DNA from: Octopus sinensis
Taxonomy: Eukaryota
Length of the DNA stretch: 64,000 bases
Assembly (NCBI RefSeq): GCF_006345805.1
Contig: NC_042999.1
Span: 4,154,001 to 4,218,000 of the forward strand
Reading direction: 5' to 3'
Shown: positions 25,532-37,100 of the stretch, piece after piece
Layout of the letters: every line of letters starts with the position of its first letter
How positions within the stretch are numbered: position 1 is the stretch's first letter
Translations under genes and position numbers: made by a program
The notes under the pieces: model-generated
What the model was told of the DNA's origin: nothing
Database searches by the model: none
Seen by the model: the letters and a program-made list of their open reading frames with translations, nothing else

Positions 25532-27057
25532 TGTGGACATGCCAGCCAGAACAGTTGTAGAGTTGTAGGCAAACAAATTTCGTGTGTGTGTGTAAACATG
25601 CATATATGCACACAGAGGTGTATATATATATATATAGACTGGCCTTCATGCCAGTGGCATGCAAAAGCGCCCACTACACTCTTGGAGTGGTTGGCATTAA
25701 GAAGGGCATCCAGCTGTAGAAACTCTGCTGCCAGATCAGATTGTAGTCTGGTGCAGCCATTTGGTCCACCAGTCCTCAGTCAAATTGTCCAACCCATGCT
25801 AGCATGGAAAGCGGACGTTAAATGATGATGATGATGAACAGCAAGCTACCATATATAAAGTGAACTGAACATAATTTTTAATCAATTGAAATTATAAATG
25901 TAATCAGAGAGGTAGGTATTGCTATGTAACCATATAGTTTTGTGTTCAGTTAGAAAGGATATCCAGCCATGGCAACCACGCTAAAGTAGACTTTCATTTC
26001 ACACACCTCCAACTTTCCACATCCTGTCAAACCATCAAACTCCTATGCTAGCATCGAAGGTAGACATTAAATGATGATGAAGCTTGCATAAACATATGCA
26101 CACACACACACACACACACACATTTATCATAGGAGAACTGTCATCAGTACTTTTATAATGAAAAAGTGATCATAAGACTGAAGAGCTCCTAACCCTTTAT
26201 TTCCTCAATAAAGATATATAACCAATGCCTTCATTATTTCCCCTTTTCTTTTTCTTCCCCTCCCCCTTCTATTCTAACCTTTCCACTTACTCCTTTTCTA
26301 ACCAACTCACTTCAGTGTGTGTGTGTGTGTGTGTGTGTGTTGCAAAGTTTTCCTTAATCATGAATTTGCTTTGAAAGTGAATAAGGAATATCACTGGGCT
26401 TTGTGTTTCACCACCTGACGTTGAAGGAACCAAAGGAGCCATCTATTCTCTACAAAACCAGAATCATTCACATTGCGCCTGAATCAGACAAGAAAGTGAT
26501 TAAACGATTTAAGCTGGAATGTAGTAGTAACTAAAAAGCAGCATTCACTGTTTCTGTGAATCTAAACATGACATGAGATACCAGATCACCTTCGGGATTT
26601 GGACAATACTACCATCTTCCTAAGAGAGACAAATCAGAATAGGATTTTTGGCATTTGTCATCTGCTGGAAGAATTTCCACTACAATCCTACTTTAGCAAC
26701 ACATCTCGTTGTCAAAGATATATACGCACATAAATGTACGCAATATATATATATAGGAGCAGTTGTGTGGCAAGTAGCTTAGTTACCGACCACATGGTTC
26801 CTGGTTCAGTCCCACTGCATGGCACCTTGGGCAAGAGTCTTCTACTATAGCCTCGGGCTGACCAAAGCCTTGTGAGTGGATTTAGTAGATGGAAACTGAA
26901 AGAAGCCTGTTGTATTTATGTATATGTATACATATGTGTGTGTGTGTTTGTGTGGCTGTGTCTATTTCCCCAACATCGCTTGACAACCGATGCTGGTGTG
27001 TTTATGTCCCTGTAATTTAGCAGTTCGGCAAAAGAGACTGATAGAATAAGTACTAGG

Positions 27058-27560
27058 CTTGCACACCACATCTGATGCTTTTTATGTCTAACTTTTCTCT
27101 CAGGGCGCTTACACTCTGTTGTATATGCACACTGACATTACACATCCAGTGAAGTATACTAGCTTCATTTCTTGCAAGCTTACACATGTCCTCAGCAGTC
27201 ACAGCCCATGTTTCACTGCTGGATAGCATGGCTGTTCGCACACATGCATCATACAGTCTACCTTTCACTCTGAGCGAGAGGGCCTTTGTCACCAGTAGAA
27301 GTGGGAGCTCTCTGAACTTTTCCTAGGCTATTCTTATTCTAGCAGCTATGCTCTCAGAGTATCCACCCCTGCTACTGACTTGGTCACCTAGGTAACAGAA
27401 GCTATCACCTACTTCTAATTTTTCCCCTGGCATGTGACGGAAGCTGTTTTCTGCACATTTTCAATGTTTATTGCCCTTGTGCATTTGCCATAGACAAAAA
27501 CTATCTTCCCAGTTAGCCTTCCTTTGTTCCTTTGATATTACTGCACCTCTTATGTGTCCA
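27058..27560 (-). mobile_element. RTE-clade LINE fragment (RT C-terminal region)
   Basis: ORF 27053-27292 (LSLRVKGRLYDACVRTAML.SSETWAVTAEDM.KL.RNEAS.L.WMCNV) is homologous to 51280-51480. Confidence 0.85.
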
Positions 27561-27725
27561 TAGTTTACATTGGGTCCATCTTATGGAGTTCCTGCCTATG
27601 TCTTTTCTACAGATCGAGCAGGGCCTTATGTATGGCAACAGTCATGAATCATTTCAGTAAGTCTTCTTGGCAATGGCTTTTCTTGTGTAATGAGGATGCA
27701 GCTGTGATATATAGATATCTATATG

Positions 27726-27763
<38 letters not shown>

Positions 27764-27766
<3 letters not shown>

Positions 27767-28078
27767 TTTTATGTAGAAAAATACAAACTGAGACAAGAAC
27801 GTAAAACATTTAGAAGACGATACAAAAAACACGGACGGGACATTCGAAGCCTTCAATCTTCAGTCAAGAACCAGCAATTTTGGCTGATTAATCTTGAGAT
27901 TGCTCCGATCCAGCCAGCCCCAAGGAAAAACTAATCTACGAGCATTAGATTTCTTGGAAAAAGGATCGAATGTATACGAAACAGGGACAGAAAAACGGAC
28001 GATGCCACACGAATATAAAATACAAAAAACAATAATGGTAAAAACAGGACAAAAACAGCGGGTGTCTTACGACTAGTA
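27764..28078 (-). mobile_element. Penelope-like terminal fragment between (TA)n tracts
   Basis: (TA)n-flanked ~310-bp insert. Minus strand retains CTGAAGA...gaatgtc (27839-27865), a broken hammerhead-like core. Confidence 0.35.
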
Positions 28079-28082
28079 TATA

Positions 28083-28127
<45 letters not shown>

Positions 28128-28720
28128 GTATGTGCGTGTGTACTCACATACATACACATATATGTGTGTATATTTACACACAATTCTATCTGACCTATGC
28201 AAGCATGAACAGGTGAATGTTAAAAGTATGATAATACTACACGCACAGATACACACACATACAAATACAAGCACTCATGCAATGACATTAAGAACTTAGA
28301 GTGGTATTTCTTGAAGCATGCATGAATATCAATAAATTTTGAATGCATTTTATATATCCCAACGGCATCTACAGAGGAAAGATTACAAGAATTTAAGTAG
28401 ATATTAATGAATTATATTACTTTTTCACTTTATTGGTTTATGATTTGTTTCCTTTATCTATGTGTAGATATACTTCTTTCCATTTGTCTTGACCTCAAAT
28501 GCACCAAAAAGTATTTTATTAACAAGAGAAGAATGTTAAAGTAATGACATCATCAAGATTATTATAAAACAGTCATAATAAAATATGTAAGTTGGCTAAT
28601 GCTGTAATTTGATTGTATATTAGATACCTACATTAGTATGTCAGTAAGCCTGGTGTCATCATCGTTCAACATCCACCTTTCATGCTGGCATGGGTATTAT
28701 ACAGATTATATATATGTGTG

Positions 28721-28778
<58 letters not shown>

Positions 28779-28804
28779 TAAGGAATTAATGGATGCTACT
28801 TCGA

Positions 28805-28867
<63 letters not shown>

Positions 28868-28873
28868 TACTAC

Positions 28874-28911
<38 letters not shown>

Positions 28912-28920
28912 TATTATTAT

Positions 28921-29251
28921 TATTACCTCCACCTTAGCAAAGGTGGAGGTATTGTTTTTAGTCATGTTTGTTTGTTTGTTTGTTTGTTTGTTTGTCTGTG
29001 GACAAGATATCTCAAGAACTACTGGATGGATATGGCTGAAACCTTCAGGGATGTTTGACCTCATGACTGGCACAAACTGATTAGATTTTAGGATCGATCC
29101 AGTTCCAAACAAGGATTCTGGATTATTTGTTATATTTATTTTACATGAAGTATTATGAGATATTCTCATTTTAAAAATCATCTCCAGTTAATCGTTGAAA
29201 GGACATTGATGTTGCTTTGGCAGAGGTTTGCACTCTCTGAGTGCTCTTGTT
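28921..29251 (+). mobile_element. Helentron-associated non-autonomous element (HINE / DINE-1-like)
   Basis: 5' subterminal hairpin acctccacc-ttagcaaa-ggtggaggt, (GTTT)n tract, 3' ggcagaggtttgcactctctgagtgc terminus, T-rich flanks. Confidence 0.7.
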
Positions 29252-29760
29252 GTTGATGTTGTTGTTCTTGTTCTTGTTATTATTATTATTGTTATTATAA
29301 TATATATATATATATATATATGCATGTGTGTATATGTGTATACATGTGTGTATGCATGTGTACTTGTTGCCTTCTTGTATGTTTAATAATTTGATTTCAA
29401 GCATGTGACTCCCATTTTAGATAAACTGCATTTTGTAAAGAAAACTTTCAGAATATTGGAAACTTTTCTGATTTAAACTACAGGAAATGGACAAGAACAG
29501 AAAAAAATAAATGAATGTAAATACATATATTTCTTGGAATATAAATGTCAACAAAAGAAATTTTGACAGTTATTTGAAGAGAGGAAAATATTTATTCAAT
29601 GAAAAATACTATGCCTAGAATTATTTTGTGTAACATTCATTTCCATATAGTTGCATGTTTGCTAGTTCTATATATATATATGTGTGATGTATGCATGTTT
29701 GTATGTATGTAGAGCAGTACATGTGTGTGTATGTATGTGTGTGTATACAATCAGAATACA

Positions 29761-30138
29761 CAGGATCAAGGGGATGGGGATACAATCCCAGAGTCAGTGC
29801 CTGAACTGGGAATTTACATGAGTAATGATGCTACAATCCATGTGCATATTACCAAGATGGCAACACTGTGCAGGTGAGTAGCTGAGTAGATTCTGAGATC
29901 ATTCAGAAGCAGGAAGAAGGCTACCATGCTACTCCTATGGAAAACTTACATTTTTAGTTATCTGGGTTACTGCTCTCAACTGCAATCTCTGTAGAACACC
30001 AAACTGGTAGCAGAACTTGAAGCAATCCAGTACCACTACACAAAGAAGATTGACACAGTGAAACAGATGAGCTACTGGGAGAGGCTAAAGAACTGAACTG
30101 TTACTCCCCAGAGAGAAATCATGAGAAATATGTAGTGA
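29761..30138 (+). mobile_element. L2/CR1-type LINE remnant, 5' half of a split element
   Basis: Translates PELGIYMSNDATIHVHITKM...ILRSFRSR...MLLLWKT...YCSQL...AELEAIQ..YTKKI...SYWERLK (post-RT region). Confidence 0.8.
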
Positions 30139-30154
30139 GATATATATATATATA

Positions 30155-30550
30155 TCTTTATATATAAAAGTAAGATTGTGTGTCTGTCTCCTACGATTTA
30201 GATTCCTAACTACTCCCACATTTTGCGGTGCAGTTTAACCAAAACCGGGTATCTTATAGTCGTGATTCATATCGAGCCCCTCTGGGTATTAGCGCGCGTC
30301 TACGATGAGTCTACGATTTAAAAAATAATTTACCATCTTTTTTTCCATTTTAATGCATTTTTTCGCTATTATATAAGGGAAGTAACTTTCTAAAAATGTC
30401 TACGATAAGTCAACGATTTAAAAAAGAATTTACCATCATTTTTTTTCCATTTTTAATGCATTTTTTTGCTATTTTTTGGCTATAACTCTCTAAAAATGCT
30501 TTATAGTTATTTCCCTTACAAACCCGAGCAACGCCGGGCGATACTGCTAG
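30155..30550 (+). mobile_element. Helitron-type element (second subfamily)
   Basis: TC...CTAG termini in (TA)n; colinear with 23443-23829. Confidence 0.85.
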
Positions 30551-30636
30551 TATATAATATTAGAGAGTATAACTCCAAACTCACAGGAAAAAATTCAATT
30601 TAGTATTAAATCAAATTTCACAATATAAATATATAA

Positions 30637-30926
30637 TATATATAAATTAGAGAAAAACCACTATTATGCAATTCTAACAATGATATACATAAACCAAATC
30701 ATAAAGAAAAAATAAGATATATTATAAAACATATAGCTAGATCAGAAAAAGTACAAAAATGAATAAACAATATATTACTTATTACTTATATATTGTTTAT
30801 TCATTTTTATACTTTTTATGATATAATTATATGTTTTATGATATATTTTATTTTTTCTGTATGATTTGGTTTATGTCTATCATTGTTAGAATTGCATAAT
30901 AGTGGTTTTTCTCTAATTTATATATA
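30637..30926. repeat. AT-rich foldback hairpin, ~139-bp arms, 12-nt loop
   Basis: 30637-30775 vs 30788-30926 reverse complement with about ten differences; loop tacttattactt. Confidence 0.85.
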
Positions 30927-31335
30927 CTCTTTTACTCTTTTACTTGTTTCAGTCATTTGACTGCGGCCATGCTGGAGCACCGCCTTTAGTCGAGCAAATC
31001 GACCCCGGGACTTAGTCTTTGTAAGCCCAGTACTTATTCTATCGGTCTCTTTTGCCGAACCGCTAAGTGACGGGGACGTAAACACACCAGCATCGGTTGT
31101 CAAGCAATGCTAGGGGGACAAACACAGACACACGAACACACACACATACATATATGTATATATACATATATACGACAGGCTTCTTTCAGTTTCCGTCTAC
31201 CAAATCCACTCACAAGGCATTGGTCGGCCCGGGGCTATAGCAGAAGACACTTGCCCAAGATGCCATGCAGTGGGACTGAATCCAGAACCATGTGGTTGGT
31301 TAACAAGCTACTTACCACACAGCCACTCCTGCACC
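30927..31335 (-). mobile_element. Young SINE (family A)
   Basis: Near-identical reverse complement of 31818-32218; CpGs retained. Confidence 0.9.
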
Positions 31336-31344
31336 ATATATATA

Positions 31345-31670
31345 TATATGGAAAACGTATATATATGGAAGGTCTAGCTCCCAACTTTAGAATTGAGAGC
31401 TATACCACCCACTTAACTAGGCTGAACTGTATACTACCAAAGAACTCACTTTCTTCAACTAGAGTAAGGACACAGTACTGTAACACCTTAGGTTTCGAGT
31501 GTCTGCTACTATTTAACATTCTGTTAAACAACCCCCAAAGATTTTACAAGTAGCAGATGTGGAGGTCTTCAAGGAGCATCTGGACAAATTTTCGTTTGAG
31601 ATATCAGATGAACCTACATTGCCACATGAGGCACAAAGAAGAGCTGTACTCCAGCATGGCCTCAGCCTCT
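31345..31670 (+). mobile_element. L2/CR1-type LINE remnant, 3' half of the split element
   Basis: Continues 29761-30138: MEGLAPNFRIESY...VRTQYCNTLGF...LFNIL, then the FK.HLD...DEP region. Confidence 0.8.
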
Positions 31671-31817
31671 GGCTCAAACCAGTAAATGATAACAGATAAA
31701 AATAAAAGATATATTATTTTGTGGAGGTGTGTGGCATGAAGGTTAAGTTTTTACAAGTTAGATTGTGGTTTCAGTTCCTGGACCAGGTGAGGCATTGTGT
31801 TCTTGAGCAAAACTATA

Positions 31818-32218
31818 GGCGCAGGAGTGGCTGTGTGGTAAGTAGCTTGCTAACCAACCACATGGTTCCGGGTTCAGTCCCACTGCGTGGCATCTTGGGC
31901 AAGTGTCTTCTGCTATAGCCCCGCGCCGACCAATGCCTTGTGAGTGGATTTGGTTGACGGAAACTGAAAGAAGCCTGTCGTATATATATATATATATGTA
32001 TATGTGTGTGTTTGTGTGTATGTGTTTGTCCCCCTAGCATTGCTTGACAACCGATGCTGGTGTGTTTATGTCCCCGTCACTTAGCGGTTCGGCAAAAGAG
32101 ACCGATAGAATAAGTACTGGGCTTACAAAGAATAAGTCCCGGGGTCGATTTGCTTGACTAAAAGGCGGTGCTCCAGCATGGCCGCAGTCAAATGACTGAA
32201 ACAAGTAAAAGAGTAAAA
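31818..32218 (+). mobile_element. Young SINE (family A) nested in an older family-B SINE
   Basis: A-box tggctgtgtgg and B-box ggttcagtccc. Interrupts cttgagcaaaac|acttcatttc of the older SINE (~31722-32250), with an aaaac duplication. Confidence 0.9.
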
Positions 32219-33416
32219 CACTTCATTTCAAGTTGCTCCAGTTTACTCACCCTAACCCTAACCCATCCAGGAATGTGTGTGAATGTACATACCACTAGCC
32301 TTATGACCCTGTGGCTCAGAAAGAAACTTTGATCTTTTTCTGATACTTGATTTTACAAAAGATAATTACATGATGATGATTGTCCAAATAAACTACTGAC
32401 CCAATAGTATATATATGATCGCCTCTCACATTAAAGCTTTTAGATTTGTTGTAAACATTTTATAGAAAGAATAGAAATCTAAAATTGACCGTTTGTGAAG
32501 TTATTCAGTAATCTTATTAACTCACATAACATTCTCTAGTTTGGTCTTCTTTTTGTTCTTCATATTTCAAATATTCATACAATATTATTTGAGATATCCC
32601 TATTATACCTTTGGGTTTTATGTTGTTTTTTTTTAATATTCACATAATATCAATTGATTTAGCTATGTTATTCTTTATGTTTGGCATTTTTTATTCAAAT
32701 ATTCACACAATATCATTTGATTTAGCCATCTATCCATCATTTCCCCCTTTTTCCATTTATTTCAGCAAATTGTATTCATTTATCTTTTCCTTGATTTGAT
32801 AAAAAGCATTAAATTCCCTTTGTATCTCTGCTGAATCCATCAACCAATCTAAGTTGCATTTCGATTTCTTTTATAATTTTCTCCTAATCAATTGTTCCTC
32901 TTTGGTTTCATATCTTCAAATGATGTACATCATATATTTCTTACTAACTTTGCTTTATTTTGCTTAACTTTATTCAGTTCTTTCACATGTTTTTAGGCAG
33001 CTTTGATAAGAGAATAAAGTCCTAAATCAAACTATCAATCATTGATAGTTTACTGCATTACTGAGAAAATTCTTCAACTCTATTTGCTAAAGTTTATGTC
33101 ACTAAATAATAGGCACAAGACTTTTCCTCATAATAGATTTAAGAGGAGAATCCAAGCACTGAACTCTTCAAAAACACATGCAAATCACTGAGTAGAACGT
33201 TAAACATCATACAATACTTAATTCTTCTTTTCAATAAATTCTAATCACTTTAAATAATGAAAACTTCTTAACCTTTACATAAATATGTCCAATGTAAATG
33301 ACATGGACTTGGCTTTGATGTTGAGGAATAAAAATTAACGAAACTTGTTTGGTTATAGTTAAGTCTAGAATGTGTAATGTAAAGGAGCTTAAAATGTTAA
33401 CTTTAATCTCTGTTTC

Positions 33417-33484
33417 CGGTGGTTTTGGGGACTGGTCTTAGAGGTCTAAGACCAGTCCTTTAAGACCAGTCCCCAAAACCACTG
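33417..33484. repeat. 68-bp GC-richer palindrome / mini-MITE
   Basis: cggtggttttggggactggtctta ... taagaccagtccccaaaaccactg, with an extra internal taagaccagtcc. Confidence 0.75.
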
Positions 33485-33676
33485 AACCATGTTAGACTAG
33501 CCCAGAAACAAAAAAATCCTTTTAATTCCACATTGCTCTTCCTTCCCCCCACCCCAACCAACCTCCCACACTGTCCCTTAAAATAGCAAACAATCCTTAG
33601 CTACACACAAAATAAAAAATGCTAGGAAAACAGGTTGGTTCCTCTCAAATTCTTTGTAAACTCTTAAATATATCTC

Positions 33677-33716
<40 letters not shown>

Positions 33717-34696
33717 TGGTGGGTGTATGTGGGAGATTCTGGCTGGAGAACCTAGCACCTTAACTGTGGTATTGAAAGCTATAGAGTTAAGGACCTGATA
33801 CTGTATCTGAAATATGAAATAAACTAACATCTCAACAGAAAATGCAAATATGGGCATCTTTGTCCAACTCTGCTTCACCAGAACCAAGTCTGGTGAGAAG
33901 GCCAGAGATCTCATTAATGATATTGCTCTGACTCCTAGCTGAAATCAATAAAAGTACCCAACCCTATTCAGTGTTACATTGTGAGTTCAAATTCCGACGA
34001 GGTCGACTTTGCCTTTCATCCTTTCGGGGTCGATAAATAAAGTATCAGTTACACACTGGGGTCTATGTAATCGACTTAATCCTTTTGTCTGTCCTTGTTT
34101 GTCCCCTCTATGTTTAGCCCCATGTGGGCAATAAAGAAATATATTATGGAGCATCAGTAATATATTTTACACTTCTGTAAATAAGCTTGTTTTATCCATG
34201 GACAAACATACAGAAGTGCTTATATTAACACTTTTGTTGCTATATTTTTGTTTCGAGTACATTGCTGTTGTTTCATTTAATTTTGAGAATAATGAAGAAT
34301 TTAAGTATAATAACTTTATCATTGAGCTGGTGTTTGAAATATAAATTAACACAAAATTTTGGCATATGGTTTTAATTTAGATCCCTTTAAAACAGTGAAT
34401 TTGTATTGCAGAACTAGGGGTGATCTTAAGAATCAATCATGATTACTTTTAAAGACTGATCGTAATCTTGGAAAATTATTTCTAAATTTAAACAATTCAA
34501 TTTTGCTACTTAAAAGTATTTGACAGTTCAGTTTGCAAAATCTGAGCTCAGGAAGTTTCTAGGAAGTAACTTTCCTGTGAACCACTATCCTTTCATTAAA
34601 TGTGTACTTTCATGTTGATAAAATAACAGATATATGACTGTATTTATTTCAATGAGAAATACTTGAAGATTCAATGATATTTTTTCTACATTTCAG

Positions 34697-34804
34697 AAAT
34701 ATCAAACAAGACTAAAAACAGAGGAGAAGAAACATTCAACAATAGTTGCTGAAACTGCAAAAAAAGTGAGTCAGTTGCTAGAGAAGAAAGTAAAGGCTGT
34801 AAAG
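34697..34804 (+). CDS. CACNA2D: Internal exon of the alpha2/delta calcium channel subunit-like gene
   Basis: Acceptor ttttttctacatttcag, donor AAG|gtaagg, 108 bp, phase 0/0. KYQTRLKTEEKKHSTIVAETAKKVSQLLEKKVKAVK resembles the KY...K.LAK.MEEM..KKSEAVR exon of alpha2/delta proteins (comparison from memory). Confidence 0.8.
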
Positions 34805-35157
34805 GTAAGGAATTTGCTAAAATCAAACCTCGTTTGTTTCTACACTTTCTTTTTATCATTCTCTTACTTTTGCAGATATGTTATTTAGAAATATTTTATA
34901 TGCATCCAAGTTTTGTTGTTTAAATATTGTGAGAAAATTTTCTTATGCCTTTTCTTTCAACATGGTTTCAAAGGTTATTTGAAAATGTACATTGTATTTG
35001 TGTATTTCTTTTTTCTCAAAAAAATTTTGAATGAATGTGTAGAAATAGAAAATTGCCTCTTTATCTGGAATTGTTTATATGGATTCCATTTTCTTTCCAT
35101 TTTTGTCTATTTGTTTGTCTGTCTGGCTGCCTGTCTCTTTCTTTCTCTCTCTCTCCC

Positions 35158-35211
<54 letters not shown>

Positions 35212-36189
35212 ACACTTTCTTATAAGAATGTGTTAAGCCAAATGTTATTTTCTTAAATGAAATTTGAAAAAATATATATATTTGGTTTACAATCATGCTT
35301 GTCTAAACAGAATTTTAGTTCACGCAAAGTTTCTCAGCATCTTTGTTTCTGACAGCAGCAATAAATTTATTATGTAAAACCTTTGTTAGGTTACATAATA
35401 GATATATTAAATAAAAAGTGAGAAAGAAATTTAATCAAAAATTATTAAATGTGATAAAAATAATTTCTAGGTTTTCCACAACTACCATAACAGTTTTCAG
35501 ACTTGCTGGAACAGTAAATTATTAAAGTTAAAGCAGTTAATAGCTTCAACTTTTATGCATGGTTAGCCATCATTTCAGGATGTTTTGTTTGTTATCTTTA
35601 CATGGAAAGAAAAGAGGTGCAATAAATAAACTAAAAGGAATACAAAATTAAACCTGTATTTGTATCATGAATACTTTTAATGCGTGGTTATCAGTTTACA
35701 ATTCTTTGATGAGGGTATTACATTTAGTCTCTGAGCAAATCAGTTTCATGTACTTAACTGTATTTACATTGCCAAAACAATCAGTTAACAGTTTGTATTA
35801 GAAAGTTAACCTGTTGTTGAAGAGCACCCTCTCTATTTTAAAATTTCTCTTCATCTGTAGAGAATGTCCATCTACTGATTATGAAATTGCACATTATATT
35901 CTCATCTATGGCTGATCTTCAAAACTGGTAAAGCATTATTATCAAGGTGTTTCAATGGAATTAGTTTCCTGTAAGAGAAATATTTTCTGTTAGTCTCACA
36001 GATATAAGAATATACATTTCTTCATCATGAATATTTTAGATCAAATGAAGCTGGCTGTTATATAAAGGGAGTCTATCTCCCTCTGTCCGCCTCTCTCTCG
36101 CTCTCTCTGTTTTCATTTTTAATTGCTTAGAAGAGACATGAGGAATAGTTTGAAACGAATGCTATCATTTTATCCCAGCTGAATAGTAA

Positions 36190-37100
36190 AATTATAACAA
36201 CCTGTTCATGCAGTTTGATAAATTTGAAGGAAGTTAATCTTCATTCATTCAATGCAAAATAGATGAATTATTTATGATTGATGTTTTGTTCCCATATATA
36301 TGTGTGAGAGTGTGTGTGAGTAACATTTCTAAGAGAGGGATGTTTGATTTGTTTCTTATGTACCCTGTTTGACCAATATAATCCTCATTGCATTGTGGGC
36401 ATGTGATGGAGTAAGTGAGGATTTTTGTGCTATAGTTCATAATTGCATTAACTTTCAGTTCCTTCCCATTTTTGAATATTTATGATTAGCTTTGTACAAT
36501 TATTTGTCACATCCCACAATGAAGGTCTCTCTTTGTTACCTTCATTAGTTCTTCTGATTTTAATTTCATCTTTGTTGGTGGTTGTTTTCAGCTTTTGATC
36601 ATTTGTGATTCTTTAATTAGTAAACTAAGATTTGATGATTAGAGTAGAATTGGAGGTTACTGTTTGGCTTAATGTTTGATGTTAGTTTCTAGGATTATGG
36701 ATGATCACAAATGGAATATTTACATTTATGTTTTTTTTTCGTCTTCATTACGAGTATTTCTCCATAAAGTAGAGATTGGGATCTCTTTTGTATTGGTTAT
36801 GGTGGTTATGGTATAATTTACCAAATTTACTGGGTGTGTTTGTTTCTGAAGGAATATGTTTAGTTCAATGAGTCATCTCTCTTGACTACATATGTCTGTA
36901 ACTATTGAATATATATTATAAACAAGAAAAATTGAGAAATGATAAATTTACAGCAGAATATATTTAAACACTAGATCATCTAAAGATTTTGACAATTTTG
37001 ACAGAATGAATAACTTACAGAATTTTACCAATTAATATTAGTATTCCATTGGTTTTCCAATTTCTGTAACTCCTAAAACTTATATCACCTGAAGTTTACA
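36190..37100 (-). mobile_element. Decayed Penelope-like element (GIY-YIG plus linker)
   Basis: ORF 36249-36440 contains YSITCPQCNEDYIGQTG; upstream minus-strand fragment IPFVIIHNPRN. Confidence 0.7.

Noticed and set aside
29770-29873. Open frame ending at a strong donor CAG|gtgagt
   Set aside because: The peptide is the LINE post-RT motif and continues past the GT.
31818-31890. tRNA-like A/B box sequence
   Set aside because: It is a SINE head followed by SINE body and tail, with no acceptor stem or cloverleaf. No true tRNA or rRNA gene was seen in the window.
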